64,000 bases of DNA from a virus: the IMG/VR virus record IMGVR_UViG_3300042503_000838, positions 61,843 through 125,842 of that record; one strand, given 5' to 3'. Under the pieces are notes generated by a model. It ran no database searches. It saw only the letters and a program-made list of their open reading frames with translations, and was not told where the DNA came from. Positions 1 through 9,295 of the stretch are shown in pieces. The position numbers and the translations under genes are program-made. The first letter of the stretch is position 1. The number at the start of each line of letters is the position of its first letter.

Positions 1-68
1 CCTACTCCTTCAGCCTTGAAAATCCTTGTTAACAGAATTCTAGCTCAAGCAACTTTTAAGTGCTACAG

Positions 69-395
69 TCAAGAACTTGCCGATGCAGCCAAGTTGTAAG
101 CCTGGTTGAAACCTGTCGGCAAGCGCATTTTGCTTTCAACTAAAGATGTGGGATTATTTTGCAACGCAAGGAAACGCTGGAACATGCTCCCAGGATCTTT
201 CTGTTCCGACTTGAATTTACTCAAGCGATCAAAGCCAACACTTGTGTATGTTGGCTGATCCTTGCCGCTCAGGTCACCGAAAGAATAGGGGAGATCGCCA
301 AAGGATGTGTAGCGTTCTCCCTTAAGCAGCTCAGATACTTCCCCAGGGGTGTAATCTGAACCTAGATAAGTTTGTCGGTTTTTGAGACTTGTCAT
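69..395 (-). CDS. hypothetical protein (virion module)
   Basis: 108-aa ORF abutting the lysozyme gene, same strand as the structural module. Confidence 0.55.
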   Translation of the reverse strand: MTSLKNRQTYLGSDYTPGEVSELLKGERYTSFGDLPYSFGDLSGKDQPTYTSVGFDRLSKFKSEQKDPGSMFQRFLALQNNPTSLVESKMRLPTGFNQAYNLAASASS

Positions 396-1090
396 TATTC
401 AAACATCCTCATGGCATCAAGTGGAGTCAAATTATATGGATTTGACGCCTTTAGGAGATCTTCCGGAGACATCGTTGCATTCGTGACGCCTGCACTGAGA
501 CTGTTCTTGAGAACATACCCAAGCAACGCATCGGCAAGTGAATTGCCTTTCTCTACTGCTTTTGCAGTTTCCGGTGATGGAGTTGAAGCAGGTGCGGTTG
601 GTTGTACATCCTGACCATAAACTTTCTGTAGTTCAGAAAGCTTTTTGACAGGCTGCCCGTAATAGCTTCTACCCGTTTCCGTTGGAAGAGATGCCCACTC
701 TGGAGCCAGGGCTGCTGATACACGAGGACTAAACCCTTCTTTTTCAAGGGTAGCCAAGCCACCAATTGGCATCAGGCGATTACGCATCGCACGTGTTGCC
801 GCGATGTCTTGGTTAGCAGCACTGAAGTCTTGAAGCCCTAAAGCACTGGCATGTGACTGCCAGCTTGGTGTCAAGAACTGATAAGCACCAGCAGCAGAGC
901 TTGCGTACCCACCGGTGTTAATTACCCTGTCGGGATGACGCTTTAGGTCTGGTGCCAAGCCACCGCCAAACATGACCCGATAAGAATCGGGACCACCCCT
1001 TTCGGTGCCTTCTGCAAAGCGAAGAACTCGCAGTGCATTCTGCACGCTTGGACTTTTGACTTTTTGTTCCAGTAGCTGGCGTTCGTTCAT
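395..1090 (-). CDS. lambda-R-like lysozyme / lytic transglycosylase (GH104-like), probably virion-associated
   Basis: Motifs LRFAEGT (catalytic Glu), YRVMFGG, SSAAGAYQFL, QD.AA and EWASLP are typical of lambda-type lysozymes; followed by a Pro/Ala linker and C-terminal tail. Confidence 0.85.
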   Translation of the reverse strand: MNERQLLEQKVKSPSVQNALRVLRFAEGTERGGPDSYRVMFGGGLAPDLKRHPDRVINTGGYASSAAGAYQFLTPSWQSHASALGLQDFSAANQDIAATRAMRNRLMPIGGLATLEKEGFSPRVSAALAPEWASLPTETGRSYYGQPVKKLSELQKVYGQDVQPTAPASTPSPETAKAVEKGNSLADALLGYVLKNSLSAGVTNATMSPEDLLKASNPYNLTPLDAMRMFE

Positions 1091-1100
1091 AATGATGCTC

Positions 1101-1217
1101 TTATTCTCCTACCCAGTTTGAACTTGCTTTGAGACCAGGAATGAATACGGTTTGCAGCGAAAGGGCCGTAGCCAAATAGGTCAAAGTACGTTTAACAAAC
1201 TTAGGGCAGAGAATCAT
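1101..1217 (-). CDS. small hydrophobic ORF (38 aa, MILCPKFVKRTLTYLATALSLQTVFIPGLKASSNWVGE)
   Basis: Read by eye in the 1090-1303 gap; below the ORF-track cutoff. Confidence 0.35.
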   Translation of the reverse strand: MILCPKFVKRTLTYLATALSLQTVFIPGLKASSNWVGE

Positions 1218-1302
1218 GGTTTTAAAGCAACAACACTGGCCCCCGTAGATCAAAGATCTATGTCCAGTTGGCTGGGCTTACATGCCTTGCAATGCCAGAG
1301 AA

Positions 1303-2127
1303 TTACTTTTGAGTAGAAAAGATCGAGTCTTTAAACATTTCAAGAAGCTTTTGGGCTTCTGCACCCTTGGGATCAAACTTCGGAAGCTCAGACCCTACAG
1401 GCTGTAGGCCCGTTGCACCAGCATAAGAAGCACTTGGCATATCAGTGGGCATGCCGAGGGGAGCACTCTGTAAAGTTTGGCCTTGATTAAACCCTGCATA
1501 AGGTGCTGCAGAAGCACCTGCAAAAGAATTTGCAGGTAAAGGTGAGAGACCTAAACCTTGGGCAACCTTTGCAACACCATACGATTCTGGGGAAACGGGA
1601 GGTGTCGTACCAAGGGGGGAGCTGTTATCAAATGGGAAGTTCATGGGAGAGCCCATTTGACCCACCCCAAGAGTGCGTTGGATTGCATCGTAACCGGCTT
1701 GGCCAGGCTTAACTTTTGCTGCAAGTTTGGGATTGGCTTTTGCCCACATCTGCATCCCCATATCTTCTGCAGATTGCTCAGCGGCAGAACCAGGGCCAGC
1801 AGCAACTGCTTCTTTGCGAGCCTTTTCGTAACGCTGAAGTTCTGGGTCTTGTGCGGTCAGCTGGGCAACGCGAGATGCTTCTTGCTGATACGCACGCTCT
1901 GCAGCAGGATTAATGCCTGCACTAGGAATTGGCTTCTGGGCACTGCCGGGAACGTAGCGACCATACATGCCAGTTTTCTGCGCTTGCTGAGAAGGCTCCG
2001 TATAAGGAAGGCGCCCTTTTAACAGCTGACCACCTGCGTAACGCATTTCATTCCCCAAGCCTGCAAGCAATGGGTTTGTCAAAGGTGCAGGAAAAAACCG
2101 ATTAAGTAGATCAGACATTAACGCCAA
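1303..2127 (-). CDS. hypothetical virion protein (Pro/Gly/Ala-rich)
   Basis: 274-aa ORF inside the structural operon. Confidence 0.6.
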   Translation of the reverse strand: MALMSDLLNRFFPAPLTNPLLAGLGNEMRYAGGQLLKGRLPYTEPSQQAQKTGMYGRYVPGSAQKPIPSAGINPAAERAYQQEASRVAQLTAQDPELQRYEKARKEAVAAGPGSAAEQSAEDMGMQMWAKANPKLAAKVKPGQAGYDAIQRTLGVGQMGSPMNFPFDNSSPLGTTPPVSPESYGVAKVAQGLGLSPLPANSFAGASAAPYAGFNQGQTLQSAPLGMPTDMPSASYAGATGLQPVGSELPKFDPKGAEAQKLLEMFKDSIFSTQK

Positions 2128-2579
2128 ACCTCATGTAAATAAATACGGGTGCCTACGGAAACATCGGCAGGTCCAGGTAAAGCCTGGATAAATTCTGCGC
2201 CAGAGCGTTCGTAGCGATAACGAGCCTGGAACGGATCTTTATAGTTGGGCACATAAAGAATCTGCGCCAACCTATTGGTTTCGTAGAGATAGATCTCATC
2301 CCAAACCTTTAACGCTTCTTTGGCATTGCTGGAGCGAATCGTACGATCCACGTCACCCGCAATACTTTCGAGACGTGTAGAGGGCGAAGTTGCTACTTCT
2401 GTTTTCTTTTCAGCTGTGTCGCAACGACCAAGTTGAATAGAAATTTTATCGTAGAAGTAAGAGTCCGGAATGGTGTTCATCGCCTCTTCCAGACGAGCGT
2501 AGTCACCCGCCGGAACAGATACGGTGAAATACCCCAAATGGTACCTGACTTTGCTTTTATCGAAATCCGATAATTGCAC
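2118..2579 (-). CDS. putative head-completion / head-tail adaptor protein
   Basis: Helical ORF downstream of capsid genes; likely GTG start at 2579 with TATAAT at 2602-2607; function inferred from position only. Confidence 0.45.
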   Translation of the reverse strand: MQLSDFDKSKVRYHLGYFTVSVPAGDYARLEEAMNTIPDSYFYDKISIQLGRCDTAEKKTEVATSPSTRLESIAGDVDRTIRSSNAKEALKVWDEIYLYETNRLAQILYVPNYKDPFQARYRYERSGAEFIQALPGPADVSVGTRIYLHEVWR

Positions 2580-2618
2580 TTCTACTTCCCTTTGTTCTTC
2601 AATTATAAATGCATACAA

Positions 2619-3317
2619 TCACGCAAACTGATCTAAGATGCTTGCATCAATTGTGTAACCTTCATATGGATCAAACGTGCTTGCTTTGCGTTTGGTGGCG
2701 CCAGTGAGGAGGTCACCTAGTGTCTGTCCTAGTAATTGCTCAGCAAGATTCTGTTTCTTTTCTTCAGGTTTCTGCTCCACTGAAAATAAAGATTTAAGCA
2801 TCTCAAGCGCCGCATCACTGGAGGGTGTGCTTGCCGTTGGCTTGGGTGCGGTAGAACGTGCACCTGCAGCTTGTTGTCCCAGGTCTTTTAAATGACCAAC
2901 ACCAATCTCGTACCGTTGATCAGGCGTAATAAAAGTACCGAGATTGCCGTAGCCCCCTTGGTTCTGCTTGGGTGCATACGTTCCGCCATCAGAGACGTAC
3001 TTAAGCTGTGTCCCCTCAGGTCCAGCAAGATCCCAACCTTGGTGAAAAGTAGATGCCCCTGCCGTTGGCTGAGCCCTTGGTCCATACTTGGAGGTGAGCG
3101 TCAAACCAGCAGCGGGATTTAAATCTAATTGTCCTTGTTGATTTGCAGTGATTAAAGGGATTTCTTTTTCGCCTACACGAAATCCTGTCAAGCGACTCTT
3201 GATGGTGCCAGGGTCAATGTACTTGTTAGATGCCAAGTCTTTGACATAGAAGTGCCCATGGGGACCAGTCGAGGTCCCAGTGGAACCAATTGTTCCAAAG
3301 TAATATTTTTGGCCCAT
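2619..3317 (-). CDS. M23/LytM-family peptidase, circularly permuted
   Basis: GSTGTSTGPHGHF (HxH) at the N-terminus, then FHQGWD (HxxxD), GGYGN and GHL. Confidence 0.75.
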   Translation of the reverse strand: MGQKYYFGTIGSTGTSTGPHGHFYVKDLASNKYIDPGTIKSRLTGFRVGEKEIPLITANQQGQLDLNPAAGLTLTSKYGPRAQPTAGASTFHQGWDLAGPEGTQLKYVSDGGTYAPKQNQGGYGNLGTFITPDQRYEIGVGHLKDLGQQAAGARSTAPKPTASTPSSDAALEMLKSLFSVEQKPEEKKQNLAEQLLGQTLGDLLTGATKRKASTFDPYEGYTIDASILDQFA

Positions 3318-3346
3318 ATCAACTAAGCATTGTATTCATTTTAAAA

Positions 3347-3370
3347 TAAAAACCCCTGGTTTCCCAGGGG
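3347..3370 (-). terminator. intrinsic terminator
   Basis: Minus strand CCCCTGG-GAAA-CCAGGGG followed by a U-tract, just downstream of 3384..3794. Confidence 0.85.
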
Positions 3371-3383
3371 CCTACTTTGTTTA

Positions 3384-3794
3384 TCAAACTCGAATCAGAT
3401 CAGCCGCAAGAACTGCTCCCCAGTCCACTCTTTTAATCTGTTTGAGTTGCTCCAAGTTATTGAATCGCTCACCCGATAAAGACATCTGTAGATCCTTGAT
3501 TTCTCGGGCAGTTTTAAGACCGATACCCTTGATATGATCAGCGATCATTTGGGCGGTAGCGGAATTAATATTCAAACGATTATCAGGAGGAAAAGCACGG
3601 GGCTCTTCTTTTGCGGCTTTATCTTTTACCTGAAGAGTTTGTACCGTTTTAGTGGCTGTCTCATCAGGCAGCAACTCGCTTTTGTAGGCGGTGTAAAGGC
3701 GTCCGTCCTGGTCTTCAACCATGAACCAATCACCATTATCGAACTCACTTACAACTTTGACGCGAGCGCCTGTTTTTCTGTGCTGATACAACAT
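3384..3794 (-). CDS. helix-hairpin-helix DNA-binding protein (ComEA/HHH_3-like C-terminus)
   Basis: RLNINSATAQMI..IKGIGLKTA.EI HhH signature. Confidence 0.75.
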   Translation of the reverse strand: MLYQHRKTGARVKVVSEFDNGDWFMVEDQDGRLYTAYKSELLPDETATKTVQTLQVKDKAAKEEPRAFPPDNRLNINSATAQMIADHIKGIGLKTAREIKDLQMSLSGERFNNLEQLKQIKRVDWGAVLAADLIRV

Positions 3795-3834
3795 AAGGAC
3801 CAGGGAGTTAATCTCTGGTCCTAGTTTACCCTAA

Positions 3835-4638
3835 TCAGCTGACAGTGCGACCGGTCAGGTAGCCGTCGATGTCTTCGTAACCAGGGGCTTCATCGGGCTG
3901 GATGTAGCACACTTCCACAACCAGGTAACCGGTGCGGCCTGCGCTTGCATCACCACTGGAGATGTAGAAGCCACCGGAAGTGGTGGTGCTGTTGGCGGTT
4001 TCCTTAGCAAACACCCGAAGGGTGGTAGCAGCAGTAGCAGCGTAGTTAACAGTACCAGGAGCAACGCCAGTGGCGCCGGTGATGGTCAGGAAGGGGTTGG
4101 TGCCATAACCAGCGGTGCCACCAGCGAAGTAGATTTCGCCAGCCTGGGTGCCGGAAACGGTGGAGGTCAGGTTGGCCTGAATAACACCTTCGCCCACGCC
4201 AGAAGCGGCGGTGGGGTTGTTGGAGCTCACGCGACCGAACGAGATCACGTTACCGGTAGCGGCATACACACCAGAGGCCACGCGGCCATCACCCCAGCCA
4301 GAGGCCACGGAGATAGCAGTACGGTACACGTAAGCAGGCAGGGTGCTGTTACCAGAGATCACCATGCCGGTGATGTCGGTACGGGTGTCGTCATTCCGGT
4401 AGGGGGAAGGAACGATCACGCTTGCCGAAGCAACAGGACCAGAGCCAGAGGTAGCAGTAACTGCTACATAACCACGTTGCTGGAAGTAGCGGTAGCCAGG
4501 GAGAGCCAGCACCGAAGTGGGGCCACCATTCGAGCCATCAACGCTGCCAGAATAATCGGCGTCAATGTTCTTATACCAGCCGTTCAGGGGCTCAGCCCAG
4601 TTGCCGGGATAGATTTTCTTAGCGGACAAATAGGTCAT
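3835..4638 (-). CDS. putative capsid decoration / minor capsid protein
   Basis: Immediately after the major capsid gene, same strongly biased codon usage, Gly/Ser/Thr-rich beta protein. Confidence 0.55.
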   Translation of the reverse strand: MTYLSAKKIYPGNWAEPLNGWYKNIDADYSGSVDGSNGGPTSVLALPGYRYFQQRGYVAVTATSGSGPVASASVIVPSPYRNDDTRTDITGMVISGNSTLPAYVYRTAISVASGWGDGRVASGVYAATGNVISFGRVSSNNPTAASGVGEGVIQANLTSTVSGTQAGEIYFAGGTAGYGTNPFLTITGATGVAPGTVNYAATAATTLRVFAKETANSTTTSGGFYISSGDASAGRTGYLVVEVCYIQPDEAPGYEDIDGYLTGRTVS

Positions 4639-4672
4639 TTATTTTTCCTGTAGTTTAGTTATTGTTTATTGA

Positions 4673-5839
4673 TCAGATGGTGCCGTCATCTTGCACATAG
4701 CTGAACGCGGTGGTCACAAAGTCCTTGTTCAGGATTTCGAAACCGGCGTACAGTTGCCAAATTAAGATAATAAAACGGCTGAAGTCATCGTTGTTGTTGA
4801 TGAGCACCTGAGCGTTCGGGCCACCGATACCCACGCCAATGGCTTGAGGACCGAAGAAATAACCCTGGGCCACTTCCTTGGAAGCGTAGGTACCACCGGT
4901 GCCGTTGAAAGAAGTGTTGATGCTCTTGGTCGGGAAGTTGGTCGACTCGAAGAACTTGACACCTTCAAACTGCACGCCGGTAGGCATGACAGGTTCACCG
5001 GCCAGGAAGTAAGCTTGACCAGCCTGGGGACCTTGGAAGAAGCTGGCGTTGTTAGGCATCATGGGGTTGCCCATGTACATGCCTTGGCCAGGATTACCAG
5101 CGTAACGAGCGATCTCACGGAAGTCGGGATCACGACGCAGGTGCATCATGAAGGTAGGATCGCAGATGCAGCGATACAGACCATCAGCGTAAGTAGGAAC
5201 GTTGCGCTTGCGCAGGTCCTTAACAACGGTCAGCAGGTCGGTACGCACCTGGAACTGTTGAACTTCGTTGTCGTACTCGGTAGAGGTGTAGGCAATACGG
5301 CCAGAAGCGTCCTTGACCTTGCCACCGGGGAAGTAGTAACCACCTTGGGTAGTGCCAGCAGCACCGTTAGCTTCAGCTTTGGCGAGTTCATCAATGAACA
5401 CGCGGTCGCGCCAACGACGGTAGTCATCCAGCAGCGTCAGGCTACCGATGGACTGGTGGAACATGTTGAGGTTGCCAGTGTCCAGCAGCAGGCGCTGAGC
5501 AGTGACCAGGGTCTCACGGGCAATCTTGAAGGTCGAAGGCTGGGTAGGATCACCCGGGTCTGCAGGACCGGTGTATTCCTTAAGCACCACCAGGACTTTC
5601 TCCTTGGTGATGTTACGGCTGTTAGCGGTACCGATGGTTTGGTCGGCAATACGCTCACGGCTGTCCTTAGTACCAGGGGTACCCCAGAACTTATAGCGGT
5701 CTAACTGAACGGTTTGACCGGGTTGGCGGGTGAAGTCGTGGACAACCACAGGCTCCACTGCCATCTCGGCAATGTAGGCAGGGTGGGGACGGTAAAGTTC
5801 CGCACCAAGGATCTTTGGAAAGTCGGTATCAAGAAACAC
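4673..5839 (-). CDS. major capsid protein (N4-gp56-like)
   Basis: 388 aa, strong GGAGG SD, highly biased codons, follows scaffold and portal; PGQTVQLDRY E-loop-like segment. Confidence 0.8.
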   Translation of the reverse strand: MFLDTDFPKILGAELYRPHPAYIAEMAVEPVVVHDFTRQPGQTVQLDRYKFWGTPGTKDSRERIADQTIGTANSRNITKEKVLVVLKEYTGPADPGDPTQPSTFKIARETLVTAQRLLLDTGNLNMFHQSIGSLTLLDDYRRWRDRVFIDELAKAEANGAAGTTQGGYYFPGGKVKDASGRIAYTSTEYDNEVQQFQVRTDLLTVVKDLRKRNVPTYADGLYRCICDPTFMMHLRRDPDFREIARYAGNPGQGMYMGNPMMPNNASFFQGPQAGQAYFLAGEPVMPTGVQFEGVKFFESTNFPTKSINTSFNGTGGTYASKEVAQGYFFGPQAIGVGIGGPNAQVLINNNDDFSRFIILIWQLYAGFEILNKDFVTTAFSYVQDDGTI

Positions 5840-5945
5840 TTTGTTTTATCCTCCAATATCGCAGGAAGTGTTTTATCGGGTAAAAGATTCAGACATCAGT
5901 GTGTCTTATCTAACACAAATTTTAGCAGTTGGTAATTTAAAAAAA

Positions 5946-6527
5946 TTACATGTACTGCATTGTAGGCGTTTTGTAACGCGCACCAGCGGAATTGCTGGAA
6001 CCATAGGACTCAGGATCAACTGGCCCGCTTTGCTGGAAACCGGGTACACCCATAGATGCAGGGATGGCACCAAGTGCAACACCACCTAAACCAGCAATGG
6101 CCCCACCAGCAGGAACTAGACCGGCAGCAAGGCCACCACTAATATTCCGTTGTACGTTCTGGGTGGGGAAAGGAAGTGCAGCTGACATCCCAGCGACAGG
6201 ATTACCAAAAAGACGCGTGTCTACTGCATCTACGACATCAGCAGCAACATTAGCTGCTCCACGACGCAATCCTTTTTCCGGAAGATCACGTGCAACATCG
6301 CCAAGTTTATTGCCTAGTTTAGTTGTTTGCTTTTGTGCTGCAGCAACCAAAGCTGGATTGTATTTACCAGCGAGGGCACGTGCTCCGAGTAAACCAGCCG
6401 CCCCACCCAATGCGCCGGCACCAGCAGCAAGAGCAGTAGTGCCGGGATCTTCGCCTTGAGAAAGGGCGTACCCACCCGTGGCTAAGCCAGCTGCAGCAGG
6501 TACACCTAATTTAAGGAGTGGACGCAT
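5946..6527 (-). CDS. Gly/Ala-rich hypothetical virion protein
   Basis: 193-aa ORF with hydrophobic Gly/Ala segments between scaffold and capsid genes. Confidence 0.6.
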   Translation of the reverse strand: MRPLLKLGVPAAAGLATGGYALSQGEDPGTTALAAGAGALGGAAGLLGARALAGKYNPALVAAAQKQTTKLGNKLGDVARDLPEKGLRRGAANVAADVVDAVDTRLFGNPVAGMSAALPFPTQNVQRNISGGLAAGLVPAGGAIAGLGGVALGAIPASMGVPGFQQSGPVDPESYGSSNSAGARYKTPTMQYM

Positions 6528-6531
6528 CGCC

Positions 6532-7506
6532 TCACTCCATCACAAACAGTTTGTTTGCAACAACTTGAGGCTGAGCCTGGTTCAGGAGACGCCAAGCATT
6601 CTGGGGATCACGGGCCATTTGCTCACCGAAAGAACCCCAGAAGTTTTCAGGAGCTTGGGGAGCGGCAGCAGCAGGAGGTGCAGGGAACTGACCAAGTTGG
6701 GGTTGTTCCAGGGCCTGGGTCGGATACCCACGAGTCTCTAATTGAGCTTCGTTTTCGTACACAGGATACGGACCTTCGGGACCAAAAAACTTCAGCGTGT
6801 AATCGCTGAGCACATCGGGGTTGGTCAGGATCTCGTTGTACGCCAGGTTTTCCTGGTGCTCGTTGACCGCAAAGTTAGCGTAACCGGTCAGTGCATCAGC
6901 GGCGCGGTTTCCCCACGCGACGGCGCTGTCCAGCATCCCTTCCAGATTCAGGGCGTAGTTGTTCAGCAGAGCCGGAGCTTCCACCCCGTACGCGTCGATT
7001 ACCATCCGGCTTTCCTGGCTCAGCCCCAGGTAATCCGCGATCTCCGCCAAGGACGGACTGGAGGAGGTTTGGGAATAGTTGGGCGAGGATTCCTGGCTGA
7101 GATACGAGGTCGGCGCTACCGATTGTTGCGTATTGGGGCCGCTGATCTGGCCGTAATTGGCTGGGGTATACGCTGTCGGCGCCTGCGAGGGTGCTCCCTG
7201 GAACGGGGATTGAACTGGAGCGCTCAGCAGGTTCACCACCTTGTTGAACGCCGATTCCCATGGGTTCCCCGTCGATTCCGCCGGTTGGGATTGGGGGGCG
7301 TACTGCGTAGGGGCTGATTGGTAGCTGGGGATCGCCTGAGGTACCGCTTGGGGGTAGCTGGTACCCACCTGATAAGCCACTGGAGCCGCCTGGTAGCTGG
7401 CCGGAGTTGCCTGAGGAGCCGGAGCTGCCATCACGTAACTGCTCGGAGCGACGGCCGCTGGTGCTTGGCTCGTCTGTGGGATCGATTGGACGGTAGCGTC
7501 CTGCAT
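6532..7506 (-). CDS. putative capsid scaffolding protein
   Basis: Low-complexity Pro/Ala/Gln N-half and helical C-half; upstream of MCP; GGAG SD 7 nt before the ATG; overlaps the portal 3' end in another frame. Confidence 0.6.
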   Translation of the reverse strand: MQDATVQSIPQTSQAPAAVAPSSYVMAAPAPQATPASYQAAPVAYQVGTSYPQAVPQAIPSYQSAPTQYAPQSQPAESTGNPWESAFNKVVNLLSAPVQSPFQGAPSQAPTAYTPANYGQISGPNTQQSVAPTSYLSQESSPNYSQTSSSPSLAEIADYLGLSQESRMVIDAYGVEAPALLNNYALNLEGMLDSAVAWGNRAADALTGYANFAVNEHQENLAYNEILTNPDVLSDYTLKFFGPEGPYPVYENEAQLETRGYPTQALEQPQLGQFPAPPAAAAPQAPENFWGSFGEQMARDPQNAWRLLNQAQPQVVANKLFVME

Positions 7507-9256
7507 AACTCATCTCCTTTTGTAGAGCTTCTAAAGTGCGATACAGATATGGAGTTAAATCCAATCGTGGATCTGCAGCCATCGGTAAGTCCGGTGATTG
7601 CGGATGGGGGGTCTGCATCATTCCACCCACCAGGCGAGCAAATTGAGAGTAAGCACCCTGCAATTCATTCACCATCCTGAACGGGAAACCTGATAGCATC
7701 CCGGCCCTTTCTTCATCCGTCTTAGACGGGAAGAGGTACTTCAGTGCTTCAATGCTATCAACACCTAATTCTTGCAGATTTCGAACAACAATGGAGTTGT
7801 TCAGTACATCTTGCGTGGAATCTTCATATACAGGTCCCAACCAACGCCACTGCATTGTGACATCACCATCTGGAATCAACCCAAGTACACCAGGGGGGAT
7901 CTGCTGAGTCTTCAAGCAAGCCATCATCAATTGCTTGACCTGATCCTCGAATGCACTCATTGCATCGTTGTAAGCAGCAATGTCTGCGTCAGATGCAGTT
8001 TCAGGTAGTTCCAGGGGTTTCTCTAGTCCTGCCGCTGCCGCCAACGTCTCTCGGAACAAGCGTTCTTCCTGGTAAATAATGAGTTCCAGGCAACGGCACA
8101 CACCATAGGTGTAAATGGCGTTTGCTTTTTTCTTCGATGTTGCGGAAACACGTCCAAACAAGGACTTGTACTCTGTTGCGGTAACACCTGCAGAAATAGA
8201 AAGCTCGTCAACGCCACCTAAGGCAGTGCGTATTTCTTCTCGATACTGACGCGCAAAAGAATTCTGGTCACCAGTGATGGCATCTGGGACAATGTAACCA
8301 ACTCGGTCATTGGGTTCCAAGTTTGCAATCACCCTTGGCACACGGATCTGACCGTCAACACCACGGGAGATAGGATCTGCCTTGAACCGAGACTGGCTCA
8401 TTGCACCCATGCCAGCAAAGCCTGAGTTGGCTGCGATAGAAGGACGCTGTACAGATACATCCCCACCAGCTTCCATCAGGTCCGTCTTGGGACGAGACGA
8501 AAGAAGGGTTGGGTTACCAAAGAACTGCACGTTCTTCCGCATGGTGCGGACCATCTCATCATGCGTGCAGATGTGGTTGGCTAACGCTTCAAACTCACCA
8601 ACACCTTCAGTCGAGAAGCCTTTGGGATTATTGAAGATTTCAACGCAGGGAATAAATCCAAGCGTATTTTTAAACGTTTTAGTTTTACCTGGATTCGCTT
8701 GATAAACAGTATCAAAAGAAAGTTCGCCTTCCGAATGAGTCTCCTCAATTGTTCGACGTTTGATTGAAAGGCGAATGTAGCGTTTTGCTCCGCCTTGTCC
8801 CATATAAGCAGGGCCTGTCAGGTTGTTGCTGGCAATATCCTGCTGGAAGCCAAGACCCTGGCGGACCTTGTAGCTATAGATGATTACAACTTCGTCAAGC
8901 TCGCCGTCAATGTTGTAGAAAGAACGATATTCGTGACGCCTGAAATAATAGAGGCGATAGTTGTTTTGCGTGGGCCGGATATAAAAGATACCCTGGCCAT
9001 CACACATGAAATAGTCCCAGATTGAATCCAGGCGTGTGTCAATTTGATTGTATTTGACTACGCGATCAATAAAGTCTTTGCGTTGATTACCGAAGTTATC
9101 TTGTGCAGGGAAAAACTCAACACCTTGGCGGATGCCAAAGAGCTTCATCTGTGCAAGGTGTGACGCTACGATGCCCGTATCAATAGACGCGCCGCCGTCT
9201 TTATCGAGATACGAGTCGACAATTTCTTTAAGGCGTGATTTAGCGTCTACGGCCAT
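6896..9256 (-). CDS. portal protein with long C-terminal extension
   Basis: 786-aa ORF between terminase and scaffold; portal-sized helical core (about 580 aa) plus a Gly/Ser/Pro-rich tail. Confidence 0.7.
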   Translation of the reverse strand: MAVDAKSRLKEIVDSYLDKDGGASIDTGIVASHLAQMKLFGIRQGVEFFPAQDNFGNQRKDFIDRVVKYNQIDTRLDSIWDYFMCDGQGIFYIRPTQNNYRLYYFRRHEYRSFYNIDGELDEVVIIYSYKVRQGLGFQQDIASNNLTGPAYMGQGGAKRYIRLSIKRRTIEETHSEGELSFDTVYQANPGKTKTFKNTLGFIPCVEIFNNPKGFSTEGVGEFEALANHICTHDEMVRTMRKNVQFFGNPTLLSSRPKTDLMEAGGDVSVQRPSIAANSGFAGMGAMSQSRFKADPISRGVDGQIRVPRVIANLEPNDRVGYIVPDAITGDQNSFARQYREEIRTALGGVDELSISAGVTATEYKSLFGRVSATSKKKANAIYTYGVCRCLELIIYQEERLFRETLAAAAGLEKPLELPETASDADIAAYNDAMSAFEDQVKQLMMACLKTQQIPPGVLGLIPDGDVTMQWRWLGPVYEDSTQDVLNNSIVVRNLQELGVDSIEALKYLFPSKTDEERAGMLSGFPFRMVNELQGAYSQFARLVGGMMQTPHPQSPDLPMAADPRLDLTPYLYRTLEALQKEMSYAGRYRPIDPTDEPSTSGRRSEQLRDGSSGSSGNSGQLPGGSSGLSGGYQLPPSGTSGDPQLPISPYAVRPPIPTGGIDGEPMGIGVQQGGEPAERSSSIPVPGSTLAGADSVYPSQLRPDQRPQYATIGSADLVSQPGILAQLFPNLLQSVLGGDRGLPGAEPGKPDGNRRVRGGSSGSAEQLRPESGRDAGQRRRVGKPRR

Positions 9257-9295
9257 TAACTATTTACCCCTTGTTCTGTTAATACTAACAATAAA

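Noticed and set aside
4844-5704. 286-aa plus-strand ORF antisense to the major capsid gene
   Set aside because: Expected shadow of the strongly biased codon usage of a highly expressed gene; no start context or recognisable motifs
6064-7680. Several plus-strand ORFs (6064..6459, 6742..7317, 7318..7680) opposite the scaffold/portal genes
   Set aside because: GC-rich antisense shadows; a third coding layer is unsupported
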